Shown here piece after piece: positions 37,496-49,222 of a stretch of 64,000 bases of DNA. Made by a program: the position numbers and the translations under genes. Each line of letters opens with the position of its first letter. The stretch's first letter is position 1. Source of the stretch: Psilocybe cubensis (lineage: Eukaryota). Under the pieces are notes generated by a model. The model searched no databases. It saw nothing but the letters and a program-made list of their open reading frames with translations, and had not been told where the DNA came from. The stretch lies in assembly GCA_017499595.2 (NCBI GenBank), contig CM039000.1, positions 1,612,001-1,676,000 of the forward strand, given 5' to 3'.

Positions 37496-38925
37496 ATGCC
37501 CAGCGCCGTCATAGTTCATGCTGCGGTATTCACAGCAGGTGTTGTCCTGGGTGGAGGCATCGCTGCAGCCGTTTCCAGCAAAACTGCCCCACCTCCACCT
37601 CCGCCACCTCCGTCTCCACCAGCCCGTATTACCCCGCCTCCCATAGTCGGATTAGACGCAGCTGGAAAGACGTCGATATCAAAGGAATTGTCGGTTGAGT
37701 CAAATCTTCCTGTGCAGTTGAAATACGGAAACCCAGGTGTGTTGTCTTGAAGCCTGTTGTCGGTCACTAATTCCAAACGCCTTCCTTTGCAGGACCTGTA
37801 TCCGACGTATTAATCCGCAAAGCCTATGTCGCAGGGTACGACAGACGTCTGCGTCACCCAGCCTGGGTACGTCGAAATACATATGGAAATTATGTTTCTG
37901 TAACTTACATTATTTTTCACAGACCGCCGAACACCTTACGCGTGCTTCTTTGAACAAACCTGACGGGGAACCTTCCGGAGACCGACAGAATTCCAAGTTC
38001 ATCGAAGACGAGTCTATCCCTTCCATGTTCCGAGCGCGCCTACAGGACTACTTTAGAAGTGGATATGATCGCGGCCACATGTACGTCGCCGACCTACCTA
38101 GTTGCCACAAATGATTGATTACAAACGTTTTCTAGGGTTCCTGCAGCCGATGCTAAATCATCTCAAGTATGCACTCCTACACATTTATTTCCTTGCCTTG
38201 TCTGACAAAAACACTAGGCGGCTATGGATGAGACTTTTTTACTTTCCAACATGGCACCGCAAGTTGGAGATGGATTTAATAGGCATTGTGCGTGTTACAT
38301 TGTATCTTTTTTATGAACAGCACCACAATTAACGCCATAAAATATACCCAATCAGACTGGGCATATCTCGAAGACTGGTGCCGACGACTTACCGGTAGCT
38401 TCCAGGATGTGTACATTTTCACCGTACCTTTATATCTTCCCCGACAAGAGGCGGACGGAAAATGGCGAGTGGTGAGTTGCATGAACTTCTGCCCTCATTA
38501 TCGGAGTATTCTCATTTCTCCTCAGACGCATGAAGTTATCGGCTCTCCCCCTAATGTCGCGGTCCCTACTCATTTTGCCAAAGTGGTATTAACCACGAAG
38601 CCGACATCTCCTTCGACACCCGATGTCCTAGAACTATCGACTGGCGCTTTCGTTCTGCCCAATGCCGTTATCAAAGACGAAACGCCCCTGCAAAGCTTCA
38701 TAGTTCCTGGTAAGTATATCGGTTCTCCGTTATCATTATAATCCTAACGGTGATTATTTTCAAAAAGTGGATGCTGTCGAACGCGCAGCCGGTCTTACTC
38801 TTTTCTCTGATGCTGTCAAATCTGGTTCGAAGCACATTTGCCAAACTACAAAATGCGACGTAATTGTTCGCAGATTCGACGACGCACAAAAGAAAGGTCG
38901 CAAAGCCATTGCAGCTCCAAAGTAA
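37496..38925 (+). CDS. NUC1: Mitochondrial DNA/RNA non-specific endonuclease (EndoG family)
   Basis: KYGNPGPV, YDRRLRHPAWTAEHLT, DYFRSGYDRGHMVPAAD (DRGH), FLLSNMAPQVGDGFNRH, VAVPTHFAKV. Confidence 0.94.
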
Positions 38926-38977
38926 AGGCGAGGAGAGCACATTAGATATTAACTGCGCATATATACATTACTTATAA

Positions 38978-40018
38978 TCAAAACTCCGAGAGAATATCTT
39001 TGATGCTTTCCCAATACGATGGCTCTACGGTATCGCGAATTTCTTGGTATGACAGCCATCGGAAGTCCTTGATATTCTTGCCGTCTGCCACCACTTGGCC
39101 AGCCATAATGTGAGCTTTGTGGAAGAATATGACACTCTTTAATTGCGTTAGGAATGTAATCTTGCTGCAATGGGTTAGAATACGCACTTCTGGTGAATCC
39201 GACTGTGGCTCGGGTTTATGTACGCCAACTGGCGCTCTCCCAACAATCCAAGTATCCATCTTGTCGCCGCATACGGCAAGCAGGTTTTTCTGTGCAGCCT
39301 GTAATGGAGTCTGTTATAAACACATACGGGCAAAAAGGTGAAAAACGCAAATACCTGGTGTAGAAGCTGCCCCTTCTCAACATCTCCTTGAGGGAAGCGC
39401 CAAATATCCTTTCCATTCTCCGTCACTTGGACCACTAAATACAAGTTGCGCTGTCCCATACGATCCAGGCTTTTCTGGTCATTTTTAATATCGGCTTCGT
39501 GCTGCCTGGGCATGAGTTCTTCTCCCTCTCCTTCCTGCTGCGCCAGTTGTTCGACAGCCGCAATGTTGGCCTGCCTTTTCTCCTCACTAATATCTTCCTT
39601 CTCCAGGAATCCTGGGCCAAACGCAAGCCGTTCTCGCTTTCGTTCCTCAAGGTTAAAACGGGTCTCCAGTAAAGTACCCTGCTTGAAATAAAACTCGTAT
39701 GGGAATGGGTTGTGTAGAGCGCGTCGTATCCGGGCTTGGTAGCTATAATAAGCTTTTTCAAAGGCCGTCGGAGTTCTTGTAAGAATGGGTGAACGGTTCA
39801 GAATAATGGCTGTTTTGATATGCGGACGAGAGGGTTTCTTGGCGGGCTCTGAAGGCAACTGGCTCGGGGAAGGCTGTTGAGAGCTGGCCGTTGTTGCTTC
39901 TGTAGCCAATCCACGTCGAAACGACGGTCCGACTTGGAAAAGCTGTGAGATACTGTTGCAAATTTTATATCAGGAGTAACATACCGACTGCACATCTCGA
40001 CGGAATCCTGGAAAGCAT
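38978..40018 (-). CDS. MRPL17: Mitochondrial ribosomal protein mL46 (yeast MRPL17 type)
   Basis: Presequence-like MLSRIPSRC...; ILNRSPILT, ALHNPFPYEFYFKQGTLLE, EADIKNDQKSLDR, WRFPQG, MDTWIVGRAPVG, FFHKAHIMAGQ, DFRWLS. Confidence 0.88.
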
Positions 40019-40165
40019 TGGAGAAAAGGAGGATAACTTTGCAGGATAATCCTGGTGAAGTGTTAAGAACTGAATTAAGGCAAGGCCAAAAATTGTGGTC
40101 ATGTGATATGACCCCTCACTTGGCTGATTCTAGTACGCCGCCCTTTGGAACTACGCCCTCAAGTA

Positions 40166-41991
40166 ATGTCTATTTCGCTCCTCTCCAGCGCGTATCTAGA
40201 GGAAAATTCTGCAAGAATACGCTCAAAGCTAGTCCCATGGGAGGTCCTGCCTGTTTCACTTCAGCTGCACATGCTTTGGCTCATTTGCAATATAGGGCTA
40301 TCAGCGAGCAGAGCTCATCACCTTGGAGGAGTTGGCCGCTATCAAGAAGGTCGACCGCCAGCCTAAGGCCAAATGTGAAGCAGTACTTCTGTCGGAAGGC
40401 AGAACGTATGCTCTACTGTATCTAAACCTACTTAAGAAACTTCAGCGAGTTGATACTATGCAATGTCTCCTTATTCTAATCACCGACGCACTGCAAGGTA
40501 TTTGCATCGCCTCTTTGCCGTCGAAAGTCCTACTTACGCGATTCAAGATCACGATGAACGTATTCCACTATTTCTCAAGGCATCGCAGATAGATCCTGAT
40601 CTTCCGTATGCGCCTCTTCTGAGGTACATCCACACCATGCGCTTCAATGCCACTTGTGCTAATTCTAATCAGGGCACTAGAAGCACAAGACGAGTTCGTA
40701 CAACTCAAAACTGCGCAGATTCTGACAGTATTTCTGAGGTCTGCGACATTCCTCTTCTGCCTTTCTTTCAACGCTAATTTTTGAGTAGTGCAGAACCCGC
40801 TCCTCTTCCAACACAATACCTGCAGCCATTCCTTACCATCTTGTCCTCTTTCATACAAGGCCCCTCTTCAAATAAACGCGATACCTCTGTGCAATGCCTC
40901 GAAACTCTCCTCTCGCGTCAGGCCTGTCGACAAGAAGTGTGGCGGATTCCAAACATCATTGCAGGGCACGTCACATTTTATTCGATTTCCTCGATCATTT
41001 CTCAAATCTTATTTAAAGATTCATGGATATTCTAAAACGCTCACCAGGAAATCAAATGAGCTACCAAGTCTCGTTTTGCTTGTGGCTGCTATCATTTGAG
41101 CAGAACATTGCAGAGCAGATCAACAAGTAAAGCCTCCTTTTCTTGCCCCTGAAAATCATTGAAATGGTTGTTTAGAAAATTCGATATAATACCCATCTTG
41201 GTTGAGACTGCTCAGAGTGCACTCAAGGAGAAAGTTATTCGTGTCATTGTGGCAACCTTCCGGGTTTGTTTTCATTTGTTCTTCATTTCACAGGATTCTT
41301 ATTCCCTAGTGTAGAACCTTGTAACAAAAGCACCATCTCAGAACCTTCCAGCCATGCTTGTTTGCCAACTACTACCTTTCGTTAAAAATTTGGCAACCAG
41401 AAAATTCTCAGATGAGGATATCATCGAAGATGTCCTTTTCCTGAAAGACGAGTTAAATTCTCGGTTCCAAAGTCTGACGTACGTGTTATTTAATTTTGCC
41501 ATGAACTTGAAAGTTCAAATGTGGATTAGAACATATGATGAATACACATCAGAACTTGCTTCTGGACATTTGTCATGGACCCCAGTCCACGAATCTGATG
41601 ATTTCTGGAAGGAGAACGCAACAAAGCTCAATGATAAAGATCATGAACAACTAAAGTCAGTACTGAGCTTGTTTATGATTTGCCGTATTAATTATGTCCT
41701 GCCAGGATTCTGATCAAGGTTCTGAAAGAATCTTCAGACCCGATTGTACTTGCCGTTGCCGCTCATGACGTAGGTCAGTATGTTAGGCACTACGGTCCTG
41801 GAAAGAAGTGTGTAATATCCTGCTGTCGTTTTCCTTGCACCCCACTGAAACAATTCGGTGCCAGATCTGTCGCTGACCTAGGAGGAAAAGCAAGAGTCAT
41901 GGAGCTGATGACGCATCCCAATTCGGATGTCCGCTATCGTGCCTTGCTTTCAGTACAACAGCTTATTAGCCAACCTTGGCTTACTGTTTGA
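40166..41991 (+). CDS. VMA13: V-type ATPase subunit H
   Basis: [100 protein letters not shown]. Confidence 0.95.
40966..41018 (+). other. GC-AG intron in VMA13
   Basis: GCA GG|GCACGT...TTAAAG|A TTC ATG GAT restores IIAGFMDIL; the nearby GT is in the wrong phase. Confidence 0.8.
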
Positions 41992-42224
41992 AATGGTAGT
42001 AGATACACTACGGACCATTTGGGTCTCCTTACTTCATGGACTATACTTGACCAATACTGTGCAGTCAATCAATACATAATAATCACGACTCTATGTGGAC
42101 TAAGATCTCTTCTTGTTGGACCTCAATCTACATCCAACAAGCAATGGTCTGGGATGAAATATATCCAGGAAGCAAGACATTCAAATCAAAGCAGTGGATT
42201 ACAAATTAAAATGATAAAATCCAT

Positions 42225-44328
42225 CTATGCAGACACCCATACCTCTCCTATAACATCATACTCCTTGAGTGTTTGAGCACGCTTCAATTTGCTATTGCTC
42301 TTGCCGACATCGTCTTCATCGTCAACTATCTGATCCTCTACAAGTAAAATACGAATGCCACCAATATTAGAAAAACCTTTACGGAGTCCAACGAAGGGAA
42401 GTTCAAAATTTTGAACCACATGTCCCTTGGCCAGATCATCCCCCTGGATCTGTGCATGAGACAAGTCGATCTCTACAGAAGGCAAAAATATAGCAGATGG
42501 CCCCACAAAAGAAACACCGGATAGCGCAGACACCTTCAATTCATCCAATCCGCCCTCAAAGTATGGAGGTGGCAGGAGATTAGCATCATTATGTGAAAGA
42601 TCGACTTCTTGCAATGCAGTCGGTTGTTGAGGCGGTGGTTTCGAAGACGCTACGAGAATTTTTTGATGCGCAAGTGCATAATTAAAGGTCGTCGAAGCGG
42701 AAACCGGTGTTGAAAATCCTGTTGATGGCACTTTAGGGCTAAACGGTTCGACCGGTTGGGCAATTACAGGTGGCGGTACCTCCTTTGGTCTAACATGCTG
42801 TATTGCCAGTGTGACCCTGCGCTTTAGACGACTACTGTTTAATGGGATTCCGCTGGATACAACAACCGCGCATGATATGGAAAACACTTTCTCTATCAAA
42901 ATGCTTTCTCTTGGGATGTGGCGAACCACTAGCTGTGCTTCAATTTCAGGCATCAATGGTCCTTGAGGAGGCAGAGCCTGAGGGGGAGACTGCGGGTGGA
43001 TGGCACTTATAGATCCACGATTCAAAGCAGGTGAACCCGGTCTCTGCACCGGACTTCCTGGACGAGACATACTACTTGAGGGAGACTGTGGTCGCGAAGA
43101 AATAGAGCCTACAACAGTTCGCTTAAGATAAGGGGGCAGGGCAGACGCCGGTTGAGGCGCGGCAATAAGTGGTATCCGTCGTGAAAGCATCGATGTGAGC
43201 AGTCTTCCAGGTTCACCAAAGGATGACCTCCAAGAGATATCCAGTCTTCCCAGGGGAATAATGCTTCCCGGAGCATGTACAGGAGGGGTTATTCCTATGT
43301 GTTTTGGTGTTAGGATATATATATATTGACGCATGTCTTGCGGTTGCATGAGAGCAGTAGGTCCAGAGAATATGCTTTCTTCATGGCCATTTTCGTCAGT
43401 CAACACATTTCCATCCACTGCCTCCCACTCTTCCGTGCATTCCAACCTCATACGCTCGAAGCAGATAGCATCTTGCGTCAAATTTTGGATATGAACTTCA
43501 AGGAATATCTTTTCTCGTTCCTTATCCGATAGCAATGCTGAGGGAGATTTCGGAGTATGGACTTTCGTCTTTACAGAGAGAGGGTTGGTGACCTATGCTC
43601 GATTAGGATCTCATGAGCCCGAAAACTTCAGCAGTTCAAAGCGTCAACCTACCGCAAATTTATAAAACTTTCTGAACGTTTGAAGGGTTGGATCCGACTC
43701 TTCGGAAGCCCCTGGAACAGGCCGATAACTGGGTGGCAGGGAATACGTGACGGTGCATGCAAGGACATGTTGCCCAAGTTCCTTGATTTCATGGTGTACC
43801 AAGTGCTCTAGCGTATCGCCGCCAGGTAAAGACTGACCTAAACCATCCATCTCATACAGCACAACTTTGCTAGTAACCGTCTGCATTTCCACTTTGAACT
43901 GGGTCACTTCTATTCCCACTTCAGTTTCATTATTGACGCAGAGACAGCTTGAGAACGTCTCTCCTAGCTGAATCGAACCAAATGAGGAGGGTAGAGTTAA
44001 TAGTTCTGAAGCATGGGTTAAATCCCGCAATGTTTTTGGATGGCCGGGAAGGGGCTTAGTTCCTTGTAATGACAAAATGGCTGCTGAGGAATGGGCCTAA
44101 GAGGTCGATGTAAATCAACGTAGAAATAGAATGTAAGGAAATGGCCCACAGAGAAGGAAGGTGAGTTGGAATAGAAGGGCTGCCATGCACTAGCCAACTC
44201 TGGTCGCTTTCAGACGACGAATTGTGAGTCTGCCAATCACGACATTTTTGTAGTAGCAGTCGAACACCAACCGAGACGCGCATAACCTTGAGGGATAACA
44301 AGTGACCTGGACCATCGACGGTAGCCAT
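42225..44328 (-). CDS. TRAPPC13: TRAPPC13 / DUF974 family protein with an extended C-terminus
   Basis: HLLSLKVMRVSRP, LTLPSSFGSIQLGETFS, HEIKELGQHVLACTVTY, FRKFYKFAVTNPLSVKTK, LGRLDISWRSSFGEPGRLLTSML. Confidence 0.88.
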
Positions 44329-45306
44329 ATTCGCGGCAATTTGCTAGGAAAGGTAATGCAAAGCCTATAACAACTTGCGGGTAGAGCTGAGAGATAATGA
44401 TAGTAATTCTTAACAGTAGTTTTAAGTGACACTCTAGATCAAGCACAACTGAGATACAAATATGCAGTGACGATGACAGCAGATACAAATATGGAAAGCA
44501 TCGCTTTGTAAACAACTGACCCTTGGAAAAAAGAAAATGATGTTGAATGCTTCGTCTGAAGCGAGAAGGGTATCGAACGAACACTATGCAGGGAATATAA
44601 AGATATGTAATTGAAGATAAACAGAGCCTTGGGATGGTGTGGGAGAGTGTATTGCGATATATGCTAGAACTTTTGATAAACAACAACAACCTTTAGAATC
44701 ACTTGGAAATAAAATGCTTAAAAGAAGAAATGGTAACAAACAAGAAATGTAGATGATGGTAATGACAGCGAGAAGTAGAACAAAGGAACTGTATGTTAAC
44801 CCCGAGACATGGTATTAACCCAAGTTCACGTCGGCCTTGAGCCGCGGGGAACAGAAATAACCAGACAGTATCACCAAAAATGAACCGTCTGGTGTGTAGT
44901 AGAGACGCAGAGGTATGTAGTTCCTATAAAAGATCCTACATACAAATGATACTTGAAGCCTGTCGGACGCATGCTGCCCATAAATTCGATTATTTGCTCG
45001 AGGATGGTCGCTGTCGTCGGCGGACGATTGGCTCCCTTGCACGAAAAAAGGTGCCAATTGCTCAGGATAAACGAAAAACCAGAGATGGGTGGCAGGCCTG
45101 AGTTCGAAAAAGAGGGTCTGACGTCGCTATCGGAAGGGGAATGATGTACAAACGAGAGAGTAAACAAGCATGGTCGAAAATGGAGTCCATATTGCAAGGT
45201 GCGAAAGTATTCTTTGGAAGAGAAGCGATAGTGTGCTTCGGTTCGTTTTAGCGTTTTTTAGTTATAATGAGACGATGCTCGAAGGAACGTCGCCGTACCA
45301 AGTGTG

Positions 45307-48300
45307 CTACCGTTTGGTTGTAGTTCGGCGAGTGGGTAACTTCTTGATCTGGCGAGGACCACCGGTAGGTGGTGCCGCAGGTGCTGCACCAATAGTAAAT
45401 AACGAACCTCCAGGGGCTCCACCAGAGGTAGAAGGTGTAAGAGCAATTGGTGCACTGAAGGGAGACGATGGTTGCTGTGGTTGTCCGAACCCTGCACCTC
45501 CAAATCCCCCTGAGGATTGGGGAAGACTCAGGTTTGCCCCTCCAGCAGGAGATGCAGGTTGCGATCCAAAGCTGAAAGGGGCATTCGTTGCGGGGGCAGC
45601 CGCAGGAGCACCAAAGGCGAATGGGGATGGCTGGTTAAAAGTAGACGGACTGCTTGGAGCCGATGCCGTGCTAGGTTGTCCAAAGGGATTGGTCGAAGTG
45701 GGGGCACCAAAGGCAAATGCCTGATTAGGCGTTGCTGCTGCAGGGGATGTTGCTGCACCAAAACTAAAACCACCACCAGATGTGGGCCGTTGATCTTCTG
45801 CGGGTTTTGGTTGCCCAAAACTGAAAGAAGTGTTTATAGGAGGTGCCGCAGTTTGTCCAAAGCCATTGAATCCTTTAGGTTCTTCTGGTTTACTGTCTTT
45901 TACTCCAAACGGATTCGAGGATTGGCCTGACGAAGTCGACCCAAACCCACCGAAAGGAGTAGAAGCAGGAGTAGTAGATGTTGCATTTTGAATGCCACTG
46001 AACAACGGACCACCAAGAGTAGAAGAGCCGCTTGTACCGAAAGAAAATGCGCCATTCAAAGTTGCTGCGGTTTTATTGCCATTTACCTGCTGCAAATCTC
46101 TCGTAGGACTCTCTTCCATTCTAAACTCTGCATCATTATTCTTGGGAGGTGTGACAGGGCGCGCCGTGGGGGCCGAACTGCTAGGCTGGCCAAACATGAA
46201 CAACGGTTTATTAGAAACATCTGCAGAAGTGCTACCTCCACCACTGAAGCTGAAGCTAATGGGCTGGGCAGGTGTCGCAACTGGTGCTGCAGGTGTTGCA
46301 GAGGTCGCAGACTGACCGAAAGAAAATAGTGAAGCAGGTTTGGTCTCAGTGGTTGTGGTGGCTGGTACCCCGAACGAAAAAGATGCTGGCTTCGCCTCAG
46401 TAGGTTTCTCCTGGGCTGTTGAGGGTCCAAACGAGAAAGGTGTCGACTTCACCTCCGCCGGTTTCTCTTGTGCAATTGGCTGTCCAAATGAAAAAGGTGT
46501 TGACTTAACCTCAGACTTTTCCGGTACAGCTGGTTGTCCAAAGGAAAATGGCGTCGATTTTGCCTCCGCCGGTTTTTCCTGTGCACCTACTTGTCCGAAT
46601 GCGAACCCAGTAGAATTATCGCCACCAAATAGAGCTTTAGGTGCTTGAACTTCGGGTTTGGGATCCACGGCCGTTCCAAAAATTGAAGGCTGGGGAGGAG
46701 GGGTAGGAGCCACTGTTGGCGTCGAAACTACAGGTGCCCCAAAGTTAAATGGAGTAGAAGTAGACTGTGCTGGTGCAGCACTGGGAAATTTGGGCTGCTC
46801 TCCAAAGGTGCCAGTAGAAGCAGCTTTGGGCGTCTCTCCAAACAGCGAAGGCGTAGTCGATGTACCAAACAGAGGCTTGGGTGTAGACGACTCTGCTTGA
46901 GGCTTGGATTCAGAAGGCGCTCCTAGTGTGAATGCCGATTTGAGAGGCTCAGGGGGCGGATTCGAGCCAAACGGAGATGGTGTAGCAGTTGATTTTGGAG
47001 CATCAGATTTGGCAAAAGAAAACGGTAAACTGGTTGTTGAATCTGTGGTTGCCTTTGGTAATGTTGGGAATACGGAGGTGGATGCTCCAAAGATAGACGT
47101 CGAGCCGGGTTTAACCGGTTCGACGTCGGAGCGCTTCCCGAAGCCATCAAACAGATTACTTTTGGGCTCGTCGGCCTTTTTCTTGTCCCCATCCCAGAAT
47201 GGATTCTCAGCATCTTTCACAGGTTCGCTTTTGTTCGAAGGGCCTGGAGTGAATGAAAACAAACCGGAAGGTGGTGTACTGGGGGTAAAGCTGAGGTTCG
47301 GGATAGGCGTGGGCGGAGGTGTCTCTTTTGCCTTGGCTAAAACTGAAGAACTAGCGAAGAAATTGGGAATGCCACTGGCGGTGACTGGCACTGGTGGGAG
47401 GGCAGGCTTCACCACATCTGGTTTAGGGTTGGATACAGGAGGAGGGGTAGGTCCTGTTTGAACCTCTGTTTGCGCGCTGGCAGCTGGCGGCGGTGGTGCG
47501 GTCGATGGTTTGGAAAATGAGAAAGGCAAAGACGTAATTGGGGGTTCTTTGGCGCTTTCCAGACCTTCCGTTGGGATTGAGGACGCCTAAGAAGTAGCAA
47601 TTGAATAATTGAAATAATGAATGAAAAATAGTACATACCGGCTTAATAAAAGAGAATCCAGCTGGTATGTCGAAAACAGGGACTTTCTTAGCAGCTTCTT
47701 CAAGCATTTGACGATCTTTCTGATTGTCATCGTCATTGCCATCATCTGCTTCCTCGTCATACACTGCCGAGAACCTAGTTTTCGACGGTCGCTGGATGTG
47801 GTTGCGAGACGTTTTGGCACGGCCGACACGAAGAGAAGAGCCTGAATTGCCTGAAGTAGCAGCAGTGGAGAACCAGTCAGAATCTTTCGGAACTGGAGGC
47901 ACATTAACAGGGACAGAGGGCGAAGGAGAGGGATGGCGTGCACGGGGAATGGATTCATCTTCGCCCCCTTCGTTCTGATTATTGTCTTCTTCTTCCTCCT
48001 GTTTACGACGAGCAAGCAACTTCTTCATTCCACCCTCACCAGCATATGGCTTTGTCTCATTAACCAGTGGACTTTTCCCAGTTCCGCTTATTCTTCTGCC
48101 ACTGCGGTCCCTATCATCTTGCATAAGAACGAGAGTTCCCGAACGGCGAGACTTGAACATTTCTGGGGTCCTAGTAGCAGCTACCGAAGCTGGTATTTTC
48201 GATGAACGCAGTCGAGTGGGTACCAGAGGCGTTTTGTAAAGATCGAGCCTTTGAAGCACACGTTCTGCTGGGGCTGGTAATGTTGGCAGGGGTATGAAAT

Positions 48301-49117
48301 TTAATCGAGCGAGAACATACCATCCTTATCCTCCTCATCTTCAGGAACAGTCGAAGAGATATGTAACGCGCTATGCTGATGACGAGTGGGAGATTTAGTC
48401 TGATGACAGTAAATATTAGAAGGGTAATTGACAACTATATATATATAAACGAACCGCGCGGGCGGACTCTACGATGGTACCCAAGGTTGGGCCAGGTGAT
48501 GGTTCGTGCGACGCCGATGACGGAGGACGGAGAAATGTGGGATTCGACACGAGGTTATTGAGAGGTGGAGGCTCTGAGATATAGCGCGGGGGAGGTTGTT
48601 GAGGCTGAGGTGTCAGAGATGCACGCATCCGGAAAGAAGGCCGGGGAGAAGGAGGCCGCGAGTTCCTATCTACAAGCATATCCATATCATCGAGAGGGTC
48701 CTGAGCAAAATTAAAGGCAGCGTCGCGGCGAGGAGGGTCTATGGACATTGTACGAGCAATAGCACCTGGGCGACGAGGGGAAAGGGTGGCACGGGAAGAA
48801 GGTAGAACCGCTGACGCGGCGCGAGGAACGACAGAGGATCTACGAGCAGGAGGCTGGGCCTGAGGGGGACTGTGTAACCGCAAACGCTTCGAGCGATGGG
48901 AAAGGGTGTCCTCATCGTTGGCGGGCGGGCTGACCGAGGGATCCGCTCGTCGACGTTTCCCCCAGCTGTCCGGCGCATCGTCCTCATCTTGAGTGGAAAA
49001 CCAATTGAGAGGAGCGGTTACGATGTGCTTGATGGTGCCTAAAAAAGACGAGTCATGACGAACCAGTCGATTGGGACGTCGAGCCCCATATTCTTCACTG
49101 CTCGACGACGACGCCAT
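45307..49117 (-). CDS. Nuclear-basket FG nucleoporin (Nup1/Nup124/Nup153-like)
   Basis: N-terminal amphipathic helix SFLGTIKHIVTAPLNWF; long FSFG/FxFG/PFG repeat region; basic C-terminal tail RQIKKLPTRRTTTKR*. Confidence 0.8.
46370..46590 (-). repeat. ~54-57-bp tandem coding repeat (4 units, QEKPAExKSTPFSFG)
   Basis: Near-identical DNA ctccgccggtttctcttgtgc at ~46453 and ctccgccggtttttcctgtgc at ~46564; four protein units are visible. Confidence 0.8.
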
Positions 49118-49222
49118 CGACGTCGGAGACAAAACAGGAGTCACCGTCACACCGCAAACTCACCGCCAATATCGTCACAAGTTTGTCACTGTAACACCGT
49201 CACCCCTTTTGCTCTCATTATA
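49118..49222. promoter_or_regulatory. 105-bp bidirectional promoter with five GTCAC motifs
   Basis: Between the nucleoporin ATG (49117, -) and the YME2 ATG (49223, +); GTCAC at 49140, 49146, 49174, 49185 and 49199. Confidence 0.65.

Noticed and set aside
45170..47461. Several plus-strand ORFs opposite the nucleoporin
   Set aside because: Antisense shadows of low-complexity FG/Pro/Ser codons.
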